From Octopus bimaculoides (taxonomy: Eukaryota): a stretch of 53,175 nucleotides of DNA. Below, piece after piece: positions 1 through 12,359 of this stretch. Where the stretch lies: positions 20,532,279 through 20,585,453 of the forward strand of contig NC_068996.1 of the NCBI RefSeq assembly GCF_001194135.2, given 5' to 3'. Each line of letters begins with the position of its first letter. The stretch's first letter is position 1. A program made the translations under genes and the position numbers. The notes beneath the pieces were generated by a model. It was given only the letters and a program-made list of their open reading frames with translations, was not told the DNA's origin and did not search any database.

Positions 1-41
<41 letters not shown>

Positions 42-379
42 CACACAGACATGTATGTATACATAGTACAGTCTTGCTATTTGATTGTTGAAAATTTAAT
101 TCATATGCCTAGTAAAGTTGTGTCTATGAGTTCACAGAGGTCATGAGGTATTAGTTCACTCACTATTTATAGGGGATATTCACTACAAGCTCAGTCAAAT
201 CCCTTGAGTCCTATATAAAGGGTGCACTAGGTAATTAAGAAGAAAACAAAACACAAAGAAAATCAAAGATACCAAACAAAGAAAATTATGAAATAACATA
301 CACCCAGTAAAATGGCACATACATTCAACTGGCTATATCAAAGAAACATATCATTCAACAAAATCATCGTTAGCCCTGA

Positions 380-740
380 TGTCAGTATCATAATGAGACG
401 ACTACCTGGCTGTGTCATACCTGATGTCGTTGGGCACTATGTCTGATGCCTTGATCTCCTTGGCAATGGTCTTCATCAACATGCTGAGGTTATTGCTGTT
501 AATATTGTCTTTGGATCTACTTGATGTGCCTAATCCTCCTGGTAACACTGCTTGTCTATTGAAAATGTATCATTCTCTTGACCTTGGCTCCAACTCTTTC
601 TCTATCTTCATCACAAATAGCCCAGCCATGTTCGAGTCTCTTTGATTGATGACTTATGACCCTGAGCATGGCATGCCTTTTCATTTCCCATGCCAGACTG
701 GAATCTGCCTTGCTGGTCTTATTGCTGCATCTGTAGAGAA
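380..740 (-). mobile_element. Possible decayed piggyBac-like transposase C-terminal fragment
   Basis: Minus-strand translation has IVPNDIRYD (compare piggyBac/PGBD VP.D+RYD..HW) and an upstream TWLGY (compare NAWLLY), with stops and frameshifts. Confidence 0.3.
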
Positions 741-802
741 ATGAAAAAGTTAAAAATTTGATGATGCCTGGTAAGCATCTTCCGTTTGTGACCTACTAAA
801 GT

Positions 803-943
803 TCATCACCATTTAGCATCTACTTTTTCATGTTTGCATGGGTCAGATCGAATTTGTTGATGCAGATTTTCTGTGGCCTTCTTACTGTGAACCCTCACCT
901 GTTTCCAAGTAAGGTAACATTTCCCTATGGCCAAACATTGTTG
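803..943 (-). mobile_element. RTE-type 3' tail fragment (family D)
   Basis: Shares the ggaaacaggtgagggtt...agaaaatctgc...gcaaacatgaaaaagtagatg module with 5990-6135, 7850-8060, 10820-10975, 19086-19235 and 38270-38515. Confidence 0.6.
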
Positions 944-1265
944 TTGTTGGCACTCCGTCGCTTACAACGTCGAGGGTTCCAGTTGATCCAATCAACGGAA
1001 CAGCCTGCTCGTGAAATTAACGTGCAAGTGGCTGAGCACTCCACAGACACGTGTACCCTTAACGTAGTTCTCGGGGATATTCAGCGTGACACAGTGTGAC
1101 AAAGCTGACCCTTTGAATTACAGGCATAAGAGAAACAGGAAAAAAAGAGTGAGAGAAAGTTGTGGTGAAAGAGTACAGCAGGGTTCGCCACCATCCCCTG
1201 TCGGAGCCTTATGGAGCTTTAGGTGTTTTCGCTCAATAAACACTCACAACGCCCAGTCTGGGAAT
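944..1265 (-). mobile_element. tRNA-derived SINE, family A (head lost in gap)
   Basis: Near-identical to 4902-5274 and 41557-41930; (TGT)n tail at the left end. Confidence 0.85.
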
Positions 1266-1552
1266 NNNNNNNNNNNNNNNNNNNNNNNNNNNNNNNNNNN
1301 NNNNNNNNNNNNNNNNNNNNNNNNNNNNNNNNNNNNNNNNNNNNNNNNNNNNNNNNNNNNNNNNNNNNNNNNNNNNNNNNNNNNNNNNNNNNNNNNNNNN
1401 NNNNNNNNNNNNNNNNNNNNNNNNNNNNNNNNNNNNNNNNNNNNNNNNNNNNNNNNNNNNNNNNNNNNNNNNNNNNNNNNNNNNNNNNNNNNNNNNNNNN
1501 NNNNNNNNNNNNNNNNNNNNNNNNNNNNNNNNNNNNNNNNNNNNNNNNNNNN

Positions 1553-1665
1553 CGATTAAATAAGTACCAGTTACGCACTGGGGTCAATATAATCGACTTA
1601 ATCCCTTTGTCTGTCCTTGTTTGTCCCCTCTGTGTGTAGCCCCTTGTGGGTAGTAAAGAAATAAC
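1553..1665 (+). mobile_element. SINE family B, 3' half
   Basis: Matches 47590-47700 (aagtaccagttacgcactggggtc...tagccccttgtggg). Confidence 0.8.
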
Positions 1666-1839
1666 ACACATGATGGGCTTCTCCCAGTTTCAATATACCA
1701 AGTCCACTGGTTGACACTGGGCTTACAGCAGAAGACATTGAACCCAAAATCATGTGGTTAGAAAGCAAGCTTCTCAACCACACTGTCATTCATGATTACA
1801 AATATTAAGAGCACTGTTTATATACAAAATCATGTATAT

Positions 1840-1898
1840 AGTGGATTTATATGTAGTGGATTTATATGTAGTGGATTTATATGTAGTGGATTTAATGT
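1840..1898. repeat. 15-bp minisatellite (AGTGGATTTATATGT) x about 4
   Basis: Directly visible tandem copies. Confidence 0.9.
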
Positions 1899-2689
1899 CA
1901 TGCCAGCTAGGTTACCGATGCTGACAATCAGCATGACAAAATAGTGATAAAACACTGTTATTCAGCACAATAATTTAGTGTCGTTTATTATTGATGTCAG
2001 TTGTCTTGCTAACATTGGAGATCGATGTAACACAATATGTGTATTTAGTCACAGAAACACCAGCTGATTACTGATAAACTAAGAAAATCAATGTGCACAG
2101 AATAGTTTGTGTTGTGTTGTTAAGTTAAAACCCTCCCTATAGTTTTCACAAACAAAACACCATTTGCTATGGCCTTCCAGGGAATAGCACTTACCTTCAC
2201 AATTCTGGCAACAGATGTTTCATACACAATAGCTGGAACCATCATCATCAATGAAAAATATCAATTAACATTGTGTTCGTTTTGGTGAATGAACTAAGAT
2301 TTCTTTTGTGTCAGCTGAACAAGTATGTCGCTGTGATTTGTTTTTTGTTTACCTTTAAACAATTTCACCCTCTAGTAATAACTGATGAGCTGAACACATT
2401 GTAGCATATGTTTTCCCTCTGCAGAAAAGAAATCTATCAATTAAGCACATCAGACATTGTAGTACATGTGAGACTCACATAAAATTGCAAAGCATACAAT
2501 CTTGTTTCAACTTCTCTGTTAACAATCAGACTATAATTTGACACTTTGTAATGGTTCTTTCATTCACACATGCGTGTGTACGCACACACACATACACACA
2601 CACACATACAAATGAAAATGTTTGATTACAAGTTTTGGTGATAGCTTTGCTCGTCTTCAAACAAAATTTAATTTCCTTCTGGATTTCCC

Positions 2690-2870
2690 TCTCTAGACTA
2701 ATTAAACAAGAACCAGTTTGTAGAAAAGGACTCAGGAGTTTTGTGTACAGGGTACCCAGTATGAACAATGGCAGCACATAAAGTTCACAGATTCACAGGC
2801 AAGCTGACAGAGAAAGACTTCATACAAGCAATTGCACAGGAGTGGTTAGCATCATCACTGTCATTTAACC
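2690..2870 (+). mobile_element. Possible decayed piggyBac-like transposase fragment
   Basis: MAAHKVHRFTGKLTEKDFIQAIAQEWL resembles the piggyBac segment NA..LY....GK++.L.F...+A..L. Confidence 0.22.
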
Positions 2871-3891
2871 TCCATTGTCTATGCTGGCATGGGTTTGACG
2901 GTTTGACCAGGGCTGAGAAGCTGAGGAGCTGTACCAGACTCTGGTCTGATTTGGCATGGTTTCTACAGCTGGATGACCTTCCAAGAGTGTAAGTGGGTGC
3001 TTTTACTTGCCACTGGTACAGTTGTCATTTGCATGACACCAATATCTGCCATAATGATGGGTCTTCTTCTCAAGCACAGCATATTGCCAAAGATCTCAGT
3101 CATGTGTCATTGCCTCCATTAGGCTCAACACTCGAAAGGTACTTTTTTATGTGCCATCAGCACAGGTGCTGGTTAGCAGTTGAAAATAAATTCTCAGAGG
3201 ACTTTCCCTAGGAATAATTGATGGCTTGTGTTACCAAGGTGATCTAATTAACAGTGGAAGGGAGTGCGCTGAATACACAGTAGCCAGGGTAAGAATGGGT
3301 TGTAAAAAGTTTAGGGAGCTGTTACCTTTGTTAGCAGCACTGGGATTCATTCTCTCTCTCTCTCAGTGAATGGTGGATTGTATGAAGTGTGGTGTTAAAT
3401 GGAGGCTAAACATAAGCACTGAATGTGAAAGGTGTATAAAGGTTGGGCAGAAATGAGGCCATCATACTTTGCTGGATGTGTTATTAATGCTAATGTGAAT
3501 GAAGGACAATGCAAAACTGGGTGTAAGAGGAATGAGATGTGTGTAAGATAGAAGACTGAAGTGTGGTAGACACATGTGATGTGTGTGGAGGATGACAGTT
3601 GGATAAAGAAGTACTAATGGAAGGATCTTGTGTTAAGAGGAAAACTGAAGAAGTAGTGAAGTCTGATTTCAAGATGCTGAACCTTGTGAAAGAGATGACT
3701 GAGTGGTGAGATGTTGGAGATCTATTCAGGCTATGCAAGCAAAGACATACAGATATAAAATAATAATGATGATGATGTCATTTTAATATATTCAGTTCTA
3801 GAATATTCTTGATAAATATTATATGTATATGTATGTATCTATTAAAAATTTTGAATGTCTATTTAGAATTTCATATCTGTATCTTCCACAG

Positions 3892-3986
3892 TATTATATT
3901 TACTCTTCTACCATCCTTTACTTATACTGTTTAACTGGTCATATATACAGACCATCTTCACACCAAATGGAAAGGTACCCAAAAAC
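3892..3986 (+). CDS. ZDHHC2: ZDHHC exon, 95 nt (TM2: [32 protein letters not shown])
   Basis: Acceptor cttccacAG at 3890-3891, donor GTaagt at 3987; matches the family motif YH...F.WSY.+TIFT. Confidence 0.92.
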
Positions 3987-6900
3987 GTAAGTATTGTGTA
4001 TTTTAAATCTATTTTCAATTAATTTAATACCTTTTTTATTCTAGCCTCTACATCTTATATTCTTGTTAAATAATTTTGTAATTTCATATTAAAGTTGACT
4101 GTAATACATCATACTGTAGTATCAATACTATGATTGATATTAATGGAAACAGTCCAGTGAAATCAAAATTACTTTAGTAAACTGGTAAGAAAAGAAAATT
4201 ATTAAGATTTACTTTTACACGAATTATCCATTGGGTGTGTCCTATTTAGCAGTAGAGGCTATTGACCATAGAAGTTTTTTTGTTTTTTTTTTCATAAAAG
4301 TCTTTACAAATTAATTCAATATTTATCTTTCACTTTTTAATTGTTTCAGTCATTGGACTATGGCTATGTTAGGGTACCACCCTGAAGGGTTTAGTTGAAT
4401 AAATTGACCTCAGTACTGGTTGTTTGTCTGAAATTTGTTACATTGTAAATTCTAGAAAATACCATTCCTCTAGTTATTCTTTATGTTACAGTCATGGGCT
4501 TCTATGAACTTCTTGATGTTTACTAATTTGGAAACATCAAGTTAGATGTATTCTTGTCATCAGTTGGATCCCTTCTTACAATAATGATGTTCTTATCATA
4601 GGTACAGATGTAGCTGTGTGGTTGCTTTGCCACCTGTAGAAGCCTGTTGTATAAAAATGTGTGTTGTCTTTGTGTTTGTTCCCCAACCACTGCTTGACAA
4701 CTAGTGTTGGTTTGTTTACGCCCCTGTATCTCAGTGGTTCAGCAAAAAAGATGATATAGTATGAATGAGACATAAAAATAAGAGACTGGATTGATTTGTT
4801 TGACTAAACCCTTTGAGGTGATGCCCCAACATGCCCACAATCCAATGGTTAAAACAAATAAAAAATAAATGATAAAAGATATTTTTAAGTGATTTCTCAC
4901 TTGTTGGCACTCCGTTGCTTACGACGTCGAGGGTTCCAGTTGATCTGATCAACAGAACAGCCTGCTCGTGAAATTAACGTGCAAGTGGCTGAGCACTCCA
5001 CAGACACATGTACCCTTAATGTAGTTCTCGGGGATATTCAGCGTGACACAGTGTGACCCTTTGAATTACAGGCACAACAGAAACAGGAAGTAAGAGTGAG
5101 AGAAAGTTGTGGTGAAAGAGTACAGCAGGGTTCACCACCATCCCCTGCCGGAGCCTCGTGGAGCTTTAGGTGTTTTCGCTCAATAAACACTCACAATGCC
5201 CGGTCTGGGAATCGAAACTGCGATCTTATGACCGCAAGTCTGCTGCCCTAACCACTGGGCCATTGCGCCTCCACGATTTCTCACTAAACCTGGTGCTTCC
5301 TGCTCATATTCCTTTTCCTCAAATTATAAAATGAATAGTTATAACATTTGTATTTTTGAATGAAGTCACTATTTATTGTTTTCTCGTTTATTAAGTTTCT
5401 TAATTGTTCAGATAGCAACACTGCTAAGTTTCTATAACATACCTTAATCTATCACATTCTGTAACTGTGTTGTTGTTTCTTTGGACAGTTCTACCTCAGC
5501 CAGCAGGAAGTTGAAGCGCTGGATGCTGAATTAAGGGAAGAGAATCAAAGAGCCCTCCTTACACATTATGCTAAAAATTTACCTATACAATGTAAAACAA
5601 TATCTGGAGGTGAGCAAAACATTTACTTATATACTTTGATAATATCTAAAGAAAATAACAAACTCCAATGTACACTCCATTGGTTTATAAGAAATTTTAT
5701 TTTTTTTCATTTTCTGTTGACAAACTATCACCAGTTGTTGGTTTCCTGCACATAAAAGATTTTGAAAAATTGTTAAACAGATATTGTGTGTTGTTTTAGA
5801 ATATATTTCTGGAAGTGGAAAAATCAGTCCCTTCAGTAATCATAATTAGCTCTGGGTTCTAGAAACATTAGTGTTTAAGAGTTAAATCTCCTCTTGGATG
5901 TGACACTTGACAATCATATCTTTTCCATAGAATCCTGTTACTTATTTCTCATTAAGCAATGTAGAACAAAGGGACATGTCTAATGTATTCATCATCATCA
6001 TCATTTTAGCATCTACTTTTCCATGCTTGCCAGCCCTCATCAAGTTTCCAAGTAACATTAATATTTCCCCATCACCTGGTTTGTTCTCACTGAAGATTGG
6101 AAATGAAGGACACTGCTTGCATGCCAATGACACTCATTTACAACTATTACACAATGTCAAAAGAACACACACACACACACTGGGCTTCTTTCAGTTTCCA
6201 TCTTACCAAATCCACTCATAAGGCTTTGGTCTATAGTATGACACTTGCCGAAGATGTCACGTAGTGAGACTGAACCTGGAACCATGAGGTTAGGAAGCAA
6301 ACTTCTTACCACACAGCAACATTTATGCCTATCATTGTCATCGTTTAATGCTGTGTGTTATTTAAACAACAAACTTCAGAAATATACTCTGGGTGAGAAA
6401 ATATTGATTTATTATGTCAAAACTAGTCTGTTTTATTTTGATTAAGTGTACTTAAAAATAGAAAACTTAAAAAAGAAAGCACAAACAAGTGTTTACAGTT
6501 TTCAACTATTATCTACCAAAATTAAAGTGACACAATGGTTTAAACTTCTACACACGGTTAGTTAACTAATTAGTAATTCTATTTTAACGCATGACTTGGC
6601 ACGAACTTTAGAGTAAGCAACAAGTGAAATATCTAGGTCATATCTAGTTGTTTACTTAATGTATTAGACTGTGTGGGATCATGTTCTAGACGTCATATCT
6701 GAATAGCTCTATTGTTACTTTATAGAGCTATTTGGAGATAGAAGTTGAATGATGCATAGTAGTTGCATCATTAGTTTGAGTGTTTTTCCATGTTTGTATA
6801 GGTTAGACAGATCTCTTTCACAACATCTTGACACTTGTTGTGATCCTTTATAATCTGCTTGGTGAGGTTCCACATCATGAAATCAGACTCCAACACTTCT

Positions 6901-9900
6901 TTCCATGTCATCCTCTCCCACATGTTCCTTTCACATGGATCACTTGGAACTTCATTACCCACTGTCATCATCCATACATATCATGTTTCAGCCACTTCGG
7001 TATTCTCTCTTACACATTACATCTCATTCCTCTTCTACTCAGTTGTTCTTTGTTCTTCATTCACACTAACCCCATACACCCAGCAAAGCATGCTGGCCTC
7101 ATTTCTGTTCAGCCTTTACACACCTTTCACATTCAATGCACATTCTTACTCTGGCTACTATGTATTCAGAACAATCCCTTCCACTGTTAATTAGATTACC
7201 TAAGCAACAAAAGCTATTAACTTTACCTAGGAAATCTTCTGAGTATTTGAAAGTAGTGGGATGTTGGATAACTTGACAAGGCAGAAGAGTCCTAGATCAA
7301 TGGCTTGAAGATTATTGCAGCCAAGCAGAAGATCTGTACCATAAGACAGCAGGTGAGCATCAGCAACTAGCAAGTAAGCTGCAACTATGAGGCAGCCTCA
7401 TCATCGACCATGCTCATCGCCCTCTTGCACATCACTTGGTACATGGTGTGGAGGCCCAGAGAGGCAGTCTGGTTGGGGAATGATACCAACTGTCTTACTA
7501 ACCATCAAAGGCATTTTGTTTCAGAGAAGTCTGAACAGAATAGTCAATGTTGATATGGGAGACTGCTGATGTATATGAGTAAGTAGTGTGTTTTATTTCA
7601 CTGGATGTTTTCAGCATCTCAGTTAAAATACCTGGTGAACTTCCTTCTTTCCATGCATGGTTAATTTGCTTCCCAACAATGTAGTTTTTGATTCAGTCCC
7701 ACTGCACTGCACCTTGGGCAAGTATCTTCTAGTACAAGTCTGGGTCAACTGAAGCCTTGTGAGTGGATTTGATTGACAGAAACTGAAAGAAGCCTGCCAT
7801 TTGTGTGTGTGTGTGTGTGTGTGTTTGTGTTTCCTCGTGTTGATATTGTATGAAAGTTGTAAACAAGTGTCACCTTTATTGAAATTGTGTCATTCGTTTC
7901 CAGTCTACTATGAAAACATGTCCACCATGGGGGAAATAGTAATTGCTTGGAAACAGATTAGAATTGGTATCAGGAAGGGCATCTGGCTTTAGAAAATCTG
8001 TCTCAATGAATTTTGTCTGACCTATGCAAGCATGGGAAAGTGGACAGAAGAAATATGATTTATATATATATTATGGTATATAGATATTTATCTGTTTCTT
8101 TCCAGCACCACGATACTGTGAAAAGTGTAAATGTATCAAACCAGATCGTTGTCATCATTGTTCTGTTTGTTCTGTGTAAGTAATATATTTTTGTAATAGA
8201 TTTATTTGTTCGCTTTTTATTAACTAGTATTCCATGCAAAATAATATAACTTTATATAAATACTTGTTTGTCTTTTTACATTCATTATATATATGGTAAT
8301 TTGCATCCCAGTTTGACTAGGACTTGCCTAGTTTAATAATCTCCCAGTGTCCCAGCCAGTTTGAAAATGTTTTTTTTTTTAACCAGAAAAAAATTTTATG
8401 GTTTGTCAGAAAAATTGCTAGGCACTGATATTAATTAGTCTTCCTAGTACATTATGAAACACCTGTAGTGATAACCCAACCAGGATTTGAAACTGAAGTC
8501 CTCTGCTTCACATGCATAAACCATAATATTCAGAATTGTTCCTTTGATTGAAAAATCATCATCATCTTCGTTTAACGTCCGCTTTCCATGCTAGCATGGG
8601 TTGGACGATTTGACTGAGTACTAGTGAAACCAGATGGCTACACCAGGCTCCAATCTAATTTGGCAGAGTTTCTACAGCTGGATGCCCTTCCTAACGCCAA
8701 CCACTCAGAGAGTGTAGTGNNNNNNNNNNNNNNNNNNNNNNNNNNNNNNNNNNNNNNNNNNNNNNNNNNNNNNNNNNNNNNNNNNNNNNNNNNNNNNNNN
8801 NNNNNNNNNNNNNNNNNNNNNNNNNNNNNNNNNNNNNNNNNNNNNNNNNNNNNNNNNNNNNNNNNNNNNNNNNNNNNNNNNNNNNNNNNNNNNNNNNNNN
8901 NNNNNNNNNNNNNNNNNNNNNNNNNNNNNNNNNNNNNNNNNNNNNNNNNNNNNNNNNNNNNNNNNNNNNNNNNNNNNNNNNNNNNNNNNNNNNNNNNNNN
9001 NNNNNCCCGCACGAAGGCCAGTCAGGCGGTACTGGCAACGGCCACGCTCAAAATGGTGCAATTTATGTGCCACCTGCACAAAAGCCAGTCCAGGGGCACT
9101 GGCAACGATCTTGGTCTAAAATCCCACGAAGGCCAGCCAGGCGGCACTGGCAACGGCCACGCCCAAAATGGTGCATTTCATGTGTCGCCCGCACATGAGC
9201 CAGTACAGGGGCACTGGCAACGATCTCGCTCAAAAAATTTCATGTGTCACCCGCACATGAGCCAGTCTGGGGGCACCAGCAACGATCTCGCTCGAGAATC
9301 CTACAACGGCCCCGCACAAGAGCCAGCCCAGGGGCACTGGCAACGATCTCGCTCGAAAAATTTCATGTGTACAAGAAAAAAAAAAGATGGTCTCTAGGAA
9401 AACCAGTTGGTAACAGGAATTTTCATGGGGTGAGAGAAACAATGGAGTGCTCTGAACTCTGATTTATATACACATTGATAACTGATATTTGGCCTTATAT
9501 GAGACAAGTTTTACATGAGAAACAGAGACAAACTACAGAGCTTAAACAATTCAATTCACTTCACAGACAATTCACTAAAATTGCTAGAGGACCCTGTACG
9601 GCTTGTCACTAAAACATCTCTTTTTACTTTTGTTTTTTATCTTTTACTCTGTATTAATCAATCAACAGAGAGCTGCTGGATTTTCTATCATACATACACC
9701 TCTTTTGAGAGTATTCATATTTTATTTTGTTCTGTACACACACATCCATGGATTTTTTAATTAAGTAACATTGAAGTTTTTAGTTTCATAAATAAGCAAT
9801 TCAATCTGCATGTTTTGTTGCTGTGTTATTGACTGTGTAAGATTCACTTTGAGTCAAGCACTCAATTCAAATCTTATATTATAAAAGGCAAGTGGATCTC

Positions 9901-10777
9901 TGTGTCTGTCTTTCTATTGCAACATCTATAAGAGGTGGGGAAGAAGCGGTGGAATCAAAATATACGTCACTATGTATTTTTAGAAGTGGGGAGAAAAAGT
10001 TATTGAAAGAGAAATAGTGTGTGTGAAAGATAGCTAGATAATGTTGTCACCATAGTCTGTCTTTGTTAACATCTATTAGTGGGAGAGAAAAAGGGGAGGT
10101 GAAAAGGTTGTGAGAGAGAGAAAGATAAGCAAAATAAATAGTGCTGTCACCATCATAACTAACAAGTTTTGAAAGATAGTTCTTTTTGTTTGTTTGTGTA
10201 TGTGTGTGTTTCTGTGTCTTTCAAGAATAGAAAATGCAGTATACACTTTAAAAAAGACTTTCAGCTTGAATAAAAGATGGGGAGGAGAAAAGATTGTTTT
10301 TGAGAGAGAAATACAGTGTGAGAGAGAGAGAAAGAGTTTGTGTGTGTGTGTAAGATAGATAGATAGGTAGTTATGTATAGTTGTCAGCATTGTAACTAAC
10401 AAGTTTATGACAATTTTAAGTGCAAATCTGTCGGTATTTTAAATAAATGTCATTGTTCAACAGTATTCAAACTGTTAATAATCTTATCTGGGGAGGTCAA
10501 TCTAAACATTATTTGCACAATTTATGAAGGTACATGCATGATTTAGAAATATTTTTATCTGGCAGCATAGCAACAGGTATTGAAGTAGTTCATAATAATG
10601 GAATCAGATGGCAACAGAGAATCATGGGAATCCACTAAAGCAGCCAAAAGAAAGAAAAGTTCCTCCTGGTGTTGGAACATCTCAGAATAAACCAATTGTG
10701 AAACATATTTCATATTTTACTTTACTTTGATATTTACCTTAAAAAATTTAGAATGCTGAAATGAATGTGTGAGTGTG

Positions 10778-10819
<42 letters not shown>

Positions 10820-12328
10820 ATTGTTTCCTGTGAAAACATGTCTGGTCATAAGGAAAATATTACCTTACTTGGAAACAAGCCAGCATTGGAAACATGAATT
10901 GCATCTAGCCATAGAAAATCCACCTTAATGAATTTTTTTCAAACCATGTGAGCATGAAAGAGTGGCTGATACATGTGTTTGTATAAAGTATATGTATATA
11001 TAGAAACAAAGGGTTTAATTTTAGAAAATTGTCTTGAACACTGTTGAATAAATTTCTGTTTATAATATAATAAATTATTTTATATTTTATAAATTATGAA
11101 TGGTTGTAACTCCAGCATGGCCATGGCTAGTTGGCAATAAAACAATGTTTATAAGAACCCAACTATATAATAATACTGTTTGTAAGAATTGTTTCTTGTT
11201 TGTTCGTTATCTTGAACCATAAGAGAAAATGAAACTGTTGAAAGGAACCAATTGAAGTGATCTTTTGTATTCTTCATGCCAATTGTATGTTGGTTGTGGT
11301 TTTACAAATTTGCGTATTTCCTCATCTTTTGAATTAAAGCTGTTTTTCTTACCAAAAACTGCTATTTTGTTCTGACATCATAACATCTGATGTATATGTG
11401 TGTGTGTATTTGTCATTCTACAGTGATGCCTGTTTATTATTACTTATTGTTGTATTTGTGAGGGATATGTAGTCCAGAGAATCAATATTCTTAACTACAG
11501 TACTAAGGTGCTGCACTTTAACATCACCTAATCTACTAATTTGGTTATCAATCAAAATGTTTTCTGCCAATTATATTCAAATTTCCTATTGGTCTTATTC
11601 TTATTTGTGTTAATTAGTACCGGGAGTACTGTTAAGAGTGAAAGGTCAGATAGGATACCTTGTGGTGTCTATTTGTCCCTTTTCTTACCCCTAAAAGTTA
11701 ACTTTGTTTTCAGTTCATTTGAGCTATTTAGTACAATTCAAATACTGGGTTTATCAACTCTATTCCCTCTCAAATTTATGGCCTTGTGTGAGCTAATGTA
11801 AGGAATTATTTCATTATAAGCATTATATAATTACCTGGCTCTCCACCACAACAATGAGTGTTTCAGTTTAATTTGATCACCTGAATAGCCTGCTTGTGAA
11901 ATTAATGTCCAAGTGGCTGAGCACTCCACATACCTTTAATGTAGCTCTCAGGGAGATTCAGCATGACACAGAATGTGATAAGGCTGGCCCTTTGAATTAT
12001 AGTTACAACTCATTTTTGCCAGCTGAGTGAACTGGAGCAACAAGAAATAAAGTGTCTCGCTCAAAGATACAATGTACTGCCGGGAATTGAACTCACGACC
12101 TTACAATCATGAGATACACTAAGCCATATGCCTTCACATTATATAATTATAATTTAATTAAGCGGCTTAAGACTGGTTATTTGGATACATTCCTGCTATA
12201 TATTTCACAATATTATCTGTCAGCTTTTTCCAGTTTTTTTAAGTAAGTGAAGCTTTATAAAAATAGTAACAGCCACCAAAAATTGTCTTTAGGTTCCCTT
12301 CTGCCTTATTTCTGGCATTCTTTCCTGG

Positions 12329-12359
<31 letters not shown>

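Noticed and set aside
412-645. ORF containing CLLKMYHS, superficially like CILKMDHH
   Set aside because: Wrong position (upstream of earlier exons), no DHHC and no suitable splice sites
5200-5274. tRNA-like sequence with A and B boxes (also 41875-41930, 42311-42380, 47473-47560)
   Set aside because: These are SINE heads continuing into repeat bodies with TSDs; no complete cloverleaf
9006-9370. CRISPR-like look of regularly spaced repeats
   Set aside because: No unique spacers, units are degenerate, the context is a eukaryotic LINE UTR and no cas genes are present
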